Assembly: GCA_963729715.1 (NCBI GenBank)
Contig: CAVSPA010000007.1
Span: forward strand, 256,001-320,000
Direction: 5' to 3'
DNA from: an uncultured delta proteobacterium
GTDB lineage: Bacteria; Desulfobacterota; Syntrophia; Syntrophales; UBA2185
DNA length: 64,000 nt
The translations under genes and the position numbers were made by a program. The notes under the pieces were generated by a model. The model was given only the letters and a program-made list of their open reading frames with translations. It made no database searches and had not been told where the DNA came from. Shown piece by piece: positions 31,482 through 41,941 of the stretch; positions within the stretch are counted from its first letter, which is position 1, and each line of letters starts with the position of its first letter.

Positions 31482-31682
31482 TTATAGGAGTTTCACGTTT
31501 TCCGCTGCCGGGCCTTTTGCACCCTGCGTAACATCAAAACTGACACGCTGGCCTTCACTCAGCGTCTTAAAACCTTCAACCTGAATAGCGCTGTGATGAA
31601 CAAATACATCACCACCGTCATCCTTTTCAATGAATCCAAAGCCCTTACGTTCATTAAACCATTTTACTTTACCTTCTGGCAT
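31482..31682 (-). CDS. csp: Cold-shock protein
   Basis: GKVKWFN..KGFGFI, DVFVH; start MPEG with AGGAGG RBS. Confidence 0.95.
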   Translation of the reverse strand: MPEGKVKWFNERKGFGFIEKDDGGDVFVHHSAIQVEGFKTLSEGQRVSFDVTQGAKGPAAENVKLL

Positions 31683-31918
31683 CGCTTTCATCCTCCTTTC
31701 TCGAAATTTTATTAAGTCGGATTTCCACAATGACAGAAAGAAAAAACCACCAAGACTAAGAAAAGCTTGGTGGCCATCTTTGCGCTTCAAAATGTTATAT
31801 CCAAACTTATGTCCTTTTATTTATATATGATTCCATTTGGCGGAAGTCAAGGATTATTATTTAATTGATCGTGATTTGGATGTAAAGAAAGCAGCGTCCC
31901 TCTGGCAGGCATTATGTC

Positions 31919-32761
31919 TTATCCGAACTCAGGGCCGAGGGAGGCGCAAAGCAACTCTACTTGCCCGGCATACCTGTTTGTTCCGCGGAACATCCTGGTC
32001 AAAGGGCGAGAGAATTCAAAGCCGCGAGCTTTAACCAGCGGAATTGCCCAGGGGTTCAGTAGCGGGCAATCGATAAATATAAGTTCTCTCGACGATCGGA
32101 GCAAAAACGAATTCAACAGCCTCTCCGCCGCGTCTTCATTATGAGCGACCCATGGCCCCATGTGCTCGGCACGCGAACCCAGCCGACCGAAACTGTATCC
32201 GGTGATTTTCCCCTCTTGCTGATCTACCAAAGTGAGGTGCGGAGCTTCTTGAGCGAGAGAGCGGAGGAGTTCGCTCCTATTAGCTCCGAAAACTTCCCTG
32301 TCAATTAGCAGAGCGTCTTCTATTGATATTGGCACATTCTCCAGAACATTCTCTTTTACTGTGCGATTGAGCATCCATCGCTCGATGTCGTACTCGCTTA
32401 TGAAGCCAAATTTTTCGTAAAGGGGTTTGCCCTGCGGTGTGGCATCGAGCTTCATGGTCGGAACTCTTTGCGAATCGAGAAAGCGGATTGCACGTTCGAG
32501 CAGAGCTATTCCGATACCCTGACCTCGATATTGCTTGTCAACTATGACCATGCCAATCCATGCAAACCTGCCCTCATAGATGATTGTTGCTGATGTGCCT
32601 ATGACATCGCCGCGATACTCCGCCACAAAGCACCCCTCGGGACTGGCCGAAAGAAAACGTACCCAGTCAGTGGCTGTCTGGTTCCAACCGGCTGCGTCTT
32701 TCAACTTCATCGCTTGGGGAATGTCCTCAGAGATCATCGACCGCAATTTGAAATTCATCAA
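31919..32761 (-). CDS. GNAT N-acetyltransferase (YitH-like)
   Basis: RGQGIG, LDATPQG.PLY..FGF, C-terminal GPEFG. Confidence 0.9.
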   Translation of the reverse strand: MMNFKLRSMISEDIPQAMKLKDAAGWNQTATDWVRFLSASPEGCFVAEYRGDVIGTSATIIYEGRFAWIGMVIVDKQYRGQGIGIALLERAIRFLDSQRVPTMKLDATPQGKPLYEKFGFISEYDIERWMLNRTVKENVLENVPISIEDALLIDREVFGANRSELLRSLAQEAPHLTLVDQQEGKITGYSFGRLGSRAEHMGPWVAHNEDAAERLLNSFLLRSSRELIFIDCPLLNPWAIPLVKARGFEFSRPLTRMFRGTNRYAGQVELLCASLGPEFG

Positions 32762-32858
32762 TTCAACTCCGAGGGTGTTTTTTTAAAGGCAGTCTATATA
32801 GCGACTGTATTGTGAAAATTACGAGGCAGAGGGGAGGTCCCTTGAGGAACCAGCCGGT

Positions 32859-33602
32859 TCATATTCTTGAGGTTACGGCGATTATCAATTCGCTTGATAT
32901 GCGCCACCGCTTCAAAAAATCTGCATAAGAGTAGGAGATTTCCGCCCCATATCCCGGGTCTGCTATGATCATTCTTCTTGCGGTGTCATCATATCCTATC
33001 ACCACTGCCGCATGACGACCCCACGCCCTCCCGGACCCTGCGGCGTGGAGCCATAGTACGGGGATGTTATTGTCTATATATCTCTTAATCTCTTCAAGTT
33101 CGCCTTTATGGTGGTATTCAAGATCGAGCTTGAGAGACTTCAGAGTTTCGAAATATTTCAGAATCGCCTCCAGGGTCATGCCTCGCTCAAGGGGAATGCC
33201 GGACTCGATCGATACCTGCATCGGATCTATGTGGTAGCCATAATACTGGGCAATCATGGCTATGCTGGTCAGGGCGCACCAGTTAGGATCTTGTTGCATA
33301 ATGGGGAAATTTGTGAGCTTGTGGACAGTGCCGGGCGCTCCCGCAGGCACTCTTTTTGCTACTTTTGTTTTTTGGGGTGAATAGGCTTCCTCTTTGGAAA
33401 CGTCGGTCTTCGTGTCAGGTTCTTCAGCCCTTACTGATTTTGCACCATTTACACCTGCCGGCCGTTCATCTGAAAAGTGGACGACGCCCTCGCTGTCAAT
33501 CCATTTGTACATCTCCGCGGCGTGCGACGGCGCCAACAGCACCACTGTAATGAGCACAATCATCAAAACTTTTAAGCAGGTTGAATTAATCGCTGTGTTC
33601 AT
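32859..33602 (-). CDS. Exported DUF4124 + C39-like cysteine peptidase
   Basis: Signal peptide; YKWID.EGVVHFSD; Q..NWCA...HAAVVIGYD...ADP. Confidence 0.8.
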   Translation of the reverse strand: MNTAINSTCLKVLMIVLITVVLLAPSHAAEMYKWIDSEGVVHFSDERPAGVNGAKSVRAEEPDTKTDVSKEEAYSPQKTKVAKRVPAGAPGTVHKLTNFPIMQQDPNWCALTSIAMIAQYYGYHIDPMQVSIESGIPLERGMTLEAILKYFETLKSLKLDLEYHHKGELEEIKRYIDNNIPVLWLHAAGSGRAWGRHAAVVIGYDDTARRMIIADPGYGAEISYSYADFLKRWRISSELIIAVTSRI

Positions 33603-33878
33603 AAAAGAATATTCGCAGTTAATATCGTTCCGTTACGTTATCTTATCGGCATATTTTTTAAAAATGTTGAGAATGTTGAATCTAAAGATACTTATACATT
33701 ATCTTGTGAAATGTTGCATCAAGAATGGAAATCAAAAAACGACATTACGGGAAGCTAGTGGCAGGGGGGCCTGTTTCGTTCACCGACGAGTCCCCAGTAA
33801 AGATGAAAATGGGCAACTGAAGATTACCAATTGAAAGAAAGCAGGGCTCCGCGTCACCAAAAATTGAATGATTGAATT

Positions 33879-34685
33879 CTATCTGCTGGCTATCTGAATC
33901 TTGTTTTCTACGGATTCAACGCCTTTGACTCCTTTTGCAATCCGCTCCGCGGTCGATTTTTCCCGGGGAACTTGCACGACCCCTGTTAACCGGACTTTTC
34001 CCGGCTCATTAACGTACGCGGAAACATAACTCGATGGAAAACCGGCTTGTGCAAGGGCTGTCGCCACTCTTACTGCAGGTTCCATCATATCCAGGGAGTT
34101 CATCACATCACCGGCGCGTCCTTCGGCTTCATCTGCGCGGGCTGCGCACAAGATCATATCAGCCGCGGTATCCACGGTAAGTTTGTCCATATTGAGGACA
34201 ATATCATACAACTCAGGATTCTCCCACTCCCGATGGAAGGCAAACCTGATAAAATTTTCTCTCTCGTGATCACTCTTCTCCATGACCATAAGGGCGGCCT
34301 CCCTCTTACTTATAACCTCTCTCCACAAGATTGCGGCCACGCTGTTCCTGTGATGCTATTATCCGGACATGAAGCGCATGCGGGAGAGACCGAAAAAGCA
34401 TATTGCCTCCCCGTCCGAGAATTACTGCGCTTCCGAGACGTGCGAGTTCATAAATGACGACATATAGGCGGTCCAGGCAAATCTCAGGCCGGCATGAAAA
34501 AACCCTCTTCAACAGAGGTGGAGTCTTGCTGTCTATTTTTCTGATGTCATCAAGAAATCCCATCTCTTCGGCTTTTTTTCGATATCTTCTGTATCATAGA
34601 AGGCATACTTCAGTTCTTTCGCTACGAGCTTCGCAATTTCTGTTCCTTTTGTGCCCATCTTCCTGGACAAGGTAATAAAATACAT
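33879..34685 (-). pseudogene. Cytidylate-kinase-like + BON domain gene, frameshifted
   Basis: MYFITLSRKMGT start at 34685; frameshifts near the T7 run (~34575) and at a TAAG duplication (~34308); ILGRGG, YDIVLN, BON C-terminus. Confidence 0.8.
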
Positions 34686-35041
34686 GATATCCTCCCTACA
34701 ATCCGACTACTCTGCTGTCAGGCCCTCTTCCTTCGCACCCCATCCGCCACTCATAGATTTGTACAGGTTCACGAGATATCGGGAAAGGCTTGACTGTGTT
34801 CGAGCATTGTACGTCTTCAAATGGTTTTGGATAAATCAGGTCTAAAACTAAGATCCGGTTTCAGTGTACAATAATCCTTTCCTGCCTTTTAGTCAACATT
34901 GAGTACCATTTAAGAGGATGCATGCCCGTCAAAATCTCCGGATGCTAAATTACAGTTAGTGACAGATTTATCTTAACGAAAGTAAATACTAAACAAGAAT
35001 ACTGAAAGGGTATATACTCGTTCTATAGGGGGACCAAAACA

Positions 35042-35281
35042 ATGAAGAACGAAAAGGGTATCTCGAAGATAGTTTTGTTTGTGATGATCGTAATAATCAT
35101 AGCTGCTGCGATTTACTGGGCGAAGTATTTCGCCAAACCTATGGCTACAGTTATGATGGGCGGCGCAGAGCAAGCTCAGCCAGCTATAGAAAAAGCCAAA
35201 CAGGCAAGTGACGCGATGAACAGAGTTACTAAAACCGCCGAAGAAATGGCGAAAAAAGCAACCGATAGTGCGGAGAAATAG
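35042..35281 (+). CDS. Small single-TM hypothetical protein
   Basis: GGGGGA RBS; N-terminal hydrophobic helix (pilin-leader-like KG-IS), helical tail. Confidence 0.6.
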   Translation: MKNEKGISKIVLFVMIVIIIAAAIYWAKYFAKPMATVMMGGAEQAQPAIEKAKQASDAMNRVTKTAEEMAKKATDSAEK

Positions 35282-35421
35282 GGAACGGTTCTTCCCGTGT
35301 GCATTGCAAAGACAAGGGTAAGGAGCATCAGAGGACCGATGTACAAATTGCGTTGAGCATTTCAATCAGCGATCTTTAGCAAATATGAAATCGCAGCGAG
35401 AATGAAGGGGGGGAGCGAGGG

Positions 35422-36939
35422 ATGAATATTGCGTGCTATCTAAGAATGAGCGCCAGGGAATACGGTGACAAGGTCGTGGCCATGGACGGAGACCGCCAGA
35501 TCACATACAACGAACTGGATGACAAATCGAACCGGATTGCCGGCTGGCTGAGGAAATCAGGAGCGCGACCGGGAGAAAGAGGCATCATCTATATGCCAAA
35601 CAACATCGAATATTTCTATCTGCTGTTCGGCATGTTCAAGGCGGGGGTGATTCCCATACCCTTGAATTACCGCTTCCAGAAGGAAGAAATCCGCTATGTT
35701 ATAATGGACTCTGGCGCCTCGCTCATGTTCGTGCTCGAACGAAACGCACCGCTCGCGAACGAGTTACAAAAGGAGGTCTCCACACTGGAGCAGGTTGTCG
35801 TCTCCGACGAGAAGGCATCAGGCTCGAATGCTCTCATCAACGAAGTCCTGAAGCGGTACGATCCGGACCCGGATATTTTTCCCGCCCTCGATGACGACCT
35901 TGCCATGATCATGTATACCAGCGGAACGACGGCAAAACCCAAGGGGGTTAAACAGACCCACCGTAACGCAGTGGCAAACGCGAACATTTTTGCCTTCACC
36001 CAACAGGTGGCATCCAAGGATCGGTTTCTCTGCGCGACGCCCCTCTTTCACGTAGGCGGCATGATCCCCTCCTTCACGACCATTTTCACCGGAGGATCGG
36101 TGGTCTTCTTGCCCATGTGGGATGCCACAAGATTCCTGGAGTTGGTTGACCGGAAAAAAGTGACCTGGACATTCCTGGTGGGCCTCATGGGTGCCCAGCT
36201 TGCCGGCACGCAGGGCATCGATAAATACGATTTGAGTTCATTGAAACGCGTCGTCTTCGGAGGATCATCCATATCCGAGACAATCTACAAAAATTTTCAG
36301 AAGAAATTTAATGCAATGATCTATGAGCTTTATGGTCGAACAGAACACGTGGGTGTCTCCGTCTGTTACGACGTGACCGACACGAGGGTGCCAGGCTCAG
36401 CGGGGAAACTGCTTGGGCAGGTCATCAAGGGTAAGTTCGTCGATCCTCAGACTGGCAAAGCTGTCGGTATCGGGGAGCCGGGTGAACTGATGGTCAAAGG
36501 AGACATCCTGACTCCCGGGTATTGGAACAAGGCCGAAGAAAATATAAAACTCCTCGACGAGGAAGGATGGCAGCATACGGGAGACGTATTCACACAGGAT
36601 GAGCAGGGCTATCTCTTCTTCATGGAAAGAACGGACGATATGATCATAAGCGGCGGTGAGAATATCTATCCACGGGAGGTCGAATCCGTCTTGTACAACC
36701 ATCCGGGCGTGGCGGAGGCGGCTGTCATCGGGCTTCCCCACGAGGAGTGGGGGGCACAGGTCGCTGCCGTCATCGTGAAGAAAGACCCAAAATTAACGGA
36801 AGAGGATATCATCGAGTTCTTGAAAGGGAGGAAGGATCTCAGCGCCTACAAGCGACCACGGATTATCAAATTCCTGGATAAAATCCCGAAAACGGCAAGC
36901 CATAAGGTTGACAAGGCGACTCTGAAAAAACTCAATTGA
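35422..36939 (+). CDS. Acyl-CoA synthetase (AMP-forming)
   Basis: YTSGTT, YGRTE, TGD, ISGGENIYP. Confidence 0.92.
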   Translation: MNIACYLRMSAREYGDKVVAMDGDRQITYNELDDKSNRIAGWLRKSGARPGERGIIYMPNNIEYFYLLFGMFKAGVIPIPLNYRFQKEEIRYVIMDSGASLMFVLERNAPLANELQKEVSTLEQVVVSDEKASGSNALINEVLKRYDPDPDIFPALDDDLAMIMYTSGTTAKPKGVKQTHRNAVANANIFAFTQQVASKDRFLCATPLFHVGGMIPSFTTIFTGGSVVFLPMWDATRFLELVDRKKVTWTFLVGLMGAQLAGTQGIDKYDLSSLKRVVFGGSSISETIYKNFQKKFNAMIYELYGRTEHVGVSVCYDVTDTRVPGSAGKLLGQVIKGKFVDPQTGKAVGIGEPGELMVKGDILTPGYWNKAEENIKLLDEEGWQHTGDVFTQDEQGYLFFMERTDDMIISGGENIYPREVESVLYNHPGVAEAAVIGLPHEEWGAQVAAVIVKKDPKLTEEDIIEFLKGRKDLSAYKRPRIIKFLDKIPKTASHKVDKATLKKLN

Positions 36940-36973
36940 AGCTCTCCGCAGCTTGCTGCGGAGAGCTTCAATT
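36934..36973. terminator. Perfect 19-bp-stem hairpin (REP-like or terminator)
   Basis: AATTGAAGCTCTCCGCAGC-TT-GCTGCGGAGAGCTTCAATT. Confidence 0.65.
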
Positions 36974-36976
36974 TTC

Positions 36977-37022
36977 TGGTGGTCCCACCGGGGTTCGAAC
37001 CCGAGCTTCCGGCGTGAAAGGC
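36977..37022 (-). repeat. 3' fragment of tRNA-Glu (TTC anticodon); att-site-type duplication
   Basis: 41/46 identical by eye to 60721-60766; has CCA, T-arm and anticodon loop but no D-arm or 5' acceptor strand. Confidence 0.85.
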
Positions 37023-37343
37023 AGTCCCATAAAGATATCTAAGTCACCTGTTTTATTATAAGTATTTGCTTTTATTGGAAGCCGTGTGTCGCCTGGCGTA
37101 ACCCTGTGTAGTCATTTTATCCCGATTTCCAAAGAGAGGACACACAGAGGGGCACACATTTCAATGCTGAAAAATGCAGTTTAATTTAGTACCTCCTAAT
37201 TCTCGTTCTGCAAATTCCATCTAATAAAAATCAATGGTTTTTTTTCTTCGTCTTATCCAGAAAAAACCCCTTGACATTTGCCAGTAATTTTGAGTAAATT
37301 TACTCACGATATTGAGTAAATTGTTAACTAATGGATTTGACGT

Positions 37344-38534
37344 ATGTTTAAAAGACCTATTTTGAACACGATAAAGGGACGAATTACTGAGCGCCGTCGA
37401 TTTATGCAGGTTATCGTCGGACCACGGCAAACCGGTAAAACTACCCTGGCTCGACAGTTGATTGATGACCTTGGCCTGCCGAGTCATTATGCCCCGGCGG
37501 ATGAACCCACACTGAAAACCACTACCTGGATCGAGCAACAGTGGGAGACTGCACGGATAAAGGCACGAGCCAGTGAGCACAAAAAGGCGCTCCTCGTATT
37601 GGATGAGGTACAAAAGATAGGAAACTGGTCAGAGATCGTAAAACGTCTCTGGGATGAAGATACAGCAGTGGGTGGAGTTTTGCAGGTCATTCTCCTCGGC
37701 TCATCTCCACTTCTAATACAGACCGGTTTGACGGAAAGCCTTGCAGGACGGTTCGAGCTGATTCCGGTTGTGCATTGGTCCTTTTCTGAGATGCAGGAAG
37801 CCTTCGGTTGGAATGTTGAGCAGTACATCTTTTATGGAGGATATCCGGGCAGTGCGGATCTGATAAGCGATCCGCGGCGATGGGCAAACTACATAAGGGA
37901 TTCTCTCATTGAGACAACGATTTCACGTGACATTCTCCTCATGAGGCGCGTGGATAAGCCTGCCCTTCTGCGACGACTTTTTGAGTTGGGCTGTATCTAC
38001 TCCGGGCAAGTTCTGTCCTTTCAGAAGATGCTGGGCCAACTTCAGGATGCTGGGAATACGACTACCCTTGCTCATTACTTGAATCTGCTAGAAGGGGCAG
38101 GGCTACTAATGGGATTGCCCAAATACGGAGAGCGTATAGTGCGGCAGCGGGCTTCCAGCCCGAAGCTTCAGGTACTCAACACGGCCCTGATAACAGCACA
38201 ATCGGGGTCTGATTTCGATGCCACCTTGAAGGACCGGGAATACTGGGGACATCTTGTAGAATCTGCCATAGGTGCAACACTGGCCAACGGTCTCAAGGGC
38301 ACGGGTGCGGAGCTATTCTACTGGCGGGACAGAAATAGAGAGATAGATTATATCATCAGGAAGGATGATATGTTAGTGGCCATGGAAGTGAAAAGTGGCA
38401 GCAGCAAAACGAATCTGCCAGGAATGGACTCCTTTGCCAAGGCGTTTCCTGTTAAGAGAAAATTGTTGATCGGTTCTCAGGGAATAGCCTTGCGTGATTT
38501 CTTTCTTACCCCGCCGGAGCAGTGGTTAGAATGA
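37344..38534 (+). CDS. AAA_14 ATPase with DUF4143 / PD-(D/E)xK-like C-terminus
   Basis: GPRQTGKT, LDEVQ, GSS, GGYP, EIDY...EVK. Confidence 0.9.
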   Translation: MFKRPILNTIKGRITERRRFMQVIVGPRQTGKTTLARQLIDDLGLPSHYAPADEPTLKTTTWIEQQWETARIKARASEHKKALLVLDEVQKIGNWSEIVKRLWDEDTAVGGVLQVILLGSSPLLIQTGLTESLAGRFELIPVVHWSFSEMQEAFGWNVEQYIFYGGYPGSADLISDPRRWANYIRDSLIETTISRDILLMRRVDKPALLRRLFELGCIYSGQVLSFQKMLGQLQDAGNTTTLAHYLNLLEGAGLLMGLPKYGERIVRQRASSPKLQVLNTALITAQSGSDFDATLKDREYWGHLVESAIGATLANGLKGTGAELFYWRDRNREIDYIIRKDDMLVAMEVKSGSSKTNLPGMDSFAKAFPVKRKLLIGSQGIALRDFFLTPPEQWLE

Positions 38535-38876
38535 CCGAAGCCAGACTGGCTTCATAGGGAGCATTAACCGAAGATTGAAATCCGCCCTATAAGCGATTAG
38601 CAGTGCGAAGGCAGGGTAGACGAAACTTCAAATGCAATCGAGGCATGCGGTCTCCGTACCGGTTTATTGAATGCGGGATATAACATGCAAAAAAATAGAG
38701 CTCGTTTTTCCACCTCACGAGTTTGTGAACTGCTTCCTGAACTCGTTATTTTTGAATTTTACCCAGACATCAAATAGTTCAAATGAAAAGAGATGAATGA
38801 AGAGCAAAAAGAAGGCCGGTTTTACCCGGCCTTTGGGATATCGCTGATTGGTACCGCGACCGTTATCTGCGTAGTC

Positions 38877-39224
38877 TCAGGCCTTGATATCGATGATCGA
38901 CTGCTGCATCTCGTTTTGGGCATTGATCGCGTCTACATTCGCCCCCACACTGTTCTGCGCTACTATCAGGTTGATTAGATTCTCCGCAAGGTTGACGTTT
39001 GATGACTCCTGAGGGTTGCCATTCGCGTCAGGGGGGAGCGTATCGCCAGGTGTATTTACGCTGCTGATAGTAACCTTGACGCCTGAAGGATCAACATCCT
39101 TGAATTCTACGTTGCTCTCCTTGAAACCGTTCGTTTGACTGTTGGCGATATTGTTTGCAGTGACGTCGGTTTGTGTAAAAAAGGCATTAAGGGCGGAAAG
39201 CGATGTATTGAGTGCGTCTGACAT
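38877..39224 (-). CDS. Short flagellar basal-body rod/hook-domain protein
   Basis: ANNIANSQTNGFK and ESSNVNLAE motifs; AGGAGGT RBS. Confidence 0.85.
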   Translation of the reverse strand: MSDALNTSLSALNAFFTQTDVTANNIANSQTNGFKESNVEFKDVDPSGVKVTISSVNTPGDTLPPDANGNPQESSNVNLAENLINLIVAQNSVGANVDAINAQNEMQQSIIDIKA

Positions 39225-39810
39225 AGAACCACCTCCTGTAAGTATTGCTGATTGGTATATCGGCAGTTTCGGGCAGAAACTTTAATTTAATTGTCCTGAC
39301 TTATATTCCTCTTCACAGACACTGTCCAACACATACCACAACAGCCCATTTAAAATTTGTGTGGCGATGCATGCACATTTTCGTGAATAATGATAATAGG
39401 TTGTAATGTAGCACAGAGGTGTTATTTTAGAAAATCAACGTAGGAGAAAGTTATCAAGACGGTAGGTTCTGCCGTTTCGAAAAAATTGTCCTTCCCAAGT
39501 GACTGTTACGGTATCTATAAAGATAGCTATAGGGCCAGCATGCCAGTTTGTTGAATGCGGAATGTAATATACAAAAAAATATACCAAACTTCTTCATTTT
39601 ATGTGTTCGTGAATAGCTTCCTCTTCCGCAAACCACCCTCTTTGATTTTCATTGTAGATTTCAACTGGGAATCGTGATATTCAAAAGTTATATATAAAAG
39701 TCAGAGTTTAAATTTCATAAACCCTTTAACATTGCGTGAGGGTGCTATGGACTGATTGTTGAAACCCCGTTTCTCGAAAGAGGCGGGGTTTTGTGTTTGA
39801 GGAGGTAATT

Positions 39811-40494
39811 ATGAAATGGACCAATAAGATTTTGGGATTTATCTGCCTGTTCCTTCTTATCTTTTGTGCGGCCACGCCTGTTCTTACAGTAAAGAGCGCT
39901 GATATGATGCAAGCGAATCACTCAGCGCTATTAGTGATGGACGTTCAAAACGGAATCGTTCAGCGTTTCGCTGAAAAACCAGAAGTCATGGTTCCATTTC
40001 AACGTGCCGTGAGCGCTGCCCGTCGTGCTGGGATTCCGGTTATTTTTGTTCGTGTCGCGTTCCGTAAAGGCTACCCTGAAGTAAGCGCAAAGAACAAAAT
40101 GTTTTCGGCCATCACAAAATTTGGAAGCATGACCATTTCTGATGCTTCGACGCAAATTCATTATTCGGTAGCGCCGCTTCCGGATGAACCCGTCGTGACG
40201 AAATTACGCGTGAGCGCGTTTGCCGGTAGTGATCTTGAGATTATTCTCCGCGCCCGTAAGATCGACACGCTAATTCTAACTGGTATTGCAACAAGCGGTG
40301 TTGTCCTTTCAACTTTGCGAGAAGCTGCGGATAAGGATTACGGGCTCGTCGTTCTTTCCGATGCGTGTTTACATGCAGATCCAGAAGTCCATCGCGTGCT
40401 GGTTGAAAAGTTGTTTCCCCGTCAGGCGGATGTTTTAACCGTGAGTGAGTGGGCTGACACCTTACTGAATCAAGGAGGATCGCCGAAAAGCTAG
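39811..40494 (+). CDS. Isochorismatase-family (cysteine hydrolase fold) protein with signal-peptide-like N-terminus
   Basis: ALLVMDVQ, K.RVSAF, GIATSGVVLST.REA.D.DY. Confidence 0.85.
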   Translation: MKWTNKILGFICLFLLIFCAATPVLTVKSADMMQANHSALLVMDVQNGIVQRFAEKPEVMVPFQRAVSAARRAGIPVIFVRVAFRKGYPEVSAKNKMFSAITKFGSMTISDASTQIHYSVAPLPDEPVVTKLRVSAFAGSDLEIILRARKIDTLILTGIATSGVVLSTLREAADKDYGLVVLSDACLHADPEVHRVLVEKLFPRQADVLTVSEWADTLLNQGGSPKS

Positions 40495-40523
40495 CTTCAA
40501 GTGAGCCGTATGTTAGAGAGTAA

Positions 40524-41941
40524 GAGATATAACCCAAAGTTGTGGACAGGATAAAAAGAAGGCGTATCCTAAATAAGTGTAGTTTAACTTAAAGCCCCCT
40601 TGGCGAGAGGGGAGAAAGAAGGATACGCCCATGGAGAATAATGAACGAGATTATCTGGAAAAGCAAGTTAAAGAAGAATCAAAAAGCGCATTGGAGTTAA
40701 TTATCCGGGAAGGCGCCTGTCGGATGTTGCAGGCGGCCATAGAGAATGAGATAAGTGAGTACATTGAGAGTTTCAAGGATGCGAGAGATAATGGTGGTCG
40801 GCGCATGGTTGTGAGGAACGGGTCCTTACCGGAAAGAGAGATTGTGACTGGCATTGGGCCATTGCAAGTGAAACAGCCCCGCATTCACGACAAGAGAGAA
40901 GGCGAGGCTTTTACCAGCACTATTTTGCCGAGATATATGAGAAGAGTTCCATCAATAGACGCTTTAATACCGGCACTCTATCTTAAGGGGATCTCCACTG
41001 GGGATTTCAGTGAGGCACTAGAATCCATATTAGGAAAGAACGCAACGGGGCTTTCCGCCACAAATATTGTTCGATTAAAGACTCTCTGGGGACAAGATTA
41101 TGAAAACTGGGCGGGGCGGGATCTTGCCCATAAGCGATACGTTTATTTCTGGGCAGACGGCATTTATTTCAATGTTCGTTTGGGAGATGTGGAGAACAAG
41201 CGGCAATGCATCTTGGTCATTATGGGGACATTGGAAGACGGGAAGAAGGAACTTGTTTCCCTTCTTGACGGATACCGGGAGAGCAAACAGGTTTGGCAGG
41301 AGATGCTGCGCGATCTCAAGCAAAGGGGGCTTAAAGAAGGTCCTAAGTTGGCGGTTGGTGACGGCGGCTTGGGATTCTGGGCAGCCCTTCGGGAGGAGTT
41401 TCCGGAAACAATAGAGCAGCGTTGCTGGGTTCATAAGACTGCCAATATCCTGGATAAGATGCCAAAGAGCGTTCAACCGAGAGCCAAGGTTCATATCTGC
41501 GACATGTATATGGCTCCGACCAGGGATGAAGCCTTTAGAGCCTATGATTATTTCTTATCTCAATATCAGGCAAAATATGAAAAAGCATGCGAGTGTTTAA
41601 GAAAAGACAAAGAAAGTCTTTTTGCTTTTTATGATTTCCCGGCAGAGCACTGGCGTCATATCCGGTCTACAAATCCTATCGAATCAACCTTTGCCACTGT
41701 GAGGCTTCGCACAAAACGGACAAAAGGTTGTGGCTCAAGATTGGCAACACTTACCATGGTTTTCAAATTGGCCATGGAAGCAGAAAAGACTTGGCAGAGA
41801 ATCAGGGGGCATAACCTTATCTGCAAGGTCATTGAAGGAATCAGATTTGTTGATGGTGTAATAATGAAAGAAGCTGCTTGAATTTGAAAAGGGTCAGGAT
41901 ACGTTGAAAAATGTCTCATCCACAACTATTGACAATATCCC
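40524..41941 (+). mobile_element. IS256-family element
   Basis: Imperfect terminal IRs; 9-bp target duplication AGAGAGTAA at 40515-40523 and 41942-41950. Confidence 0.9.
40631..41881 (+). CDS. IS256-family transposase
   Basis: WADG, GDGGLGFW, QRCWVHK, STNPIES. Confidence 0.95.
   Translation: MENNERDYLEKQVKEESKSALELIIREGACRMLQAAIENEISEYIESFKDARDNGGRRMVVRNGSLPEREIVTGIGPLQVKQPRIHDKREGEAFTSTILPRYMRRVPSIDALIPALYLKGISTGDFSEALESILGKNATGLSATNIVRLKTLWGQDYENWAGRDLAHKRYVYFWADGIYFNVRLGDVENKRQCILVIMGTLEDGKKELVSLLDGYRESKQVWQEMLRDLKQRGLKEGPKLAVGDGGLGFWAALREEFPETIEQRCWVHKTANILDKMPKSVQPRAKVHICDMYMAPTRDEAFRAYDYFLSQYQAKYEKACECLRKDKESLFAFYDFPAEHWRHIRSTNPIESTFATVRLRTKRTKGCGSRLATLTMVFKLAMEAEKTWQRIRGHNLICKVIEGIRFVDGVIMKEAA

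Noticed and set aside
36977..37045. Second complete tRNA-Glu
   Set aside because: D-arm and 5' acceptor strand are missing
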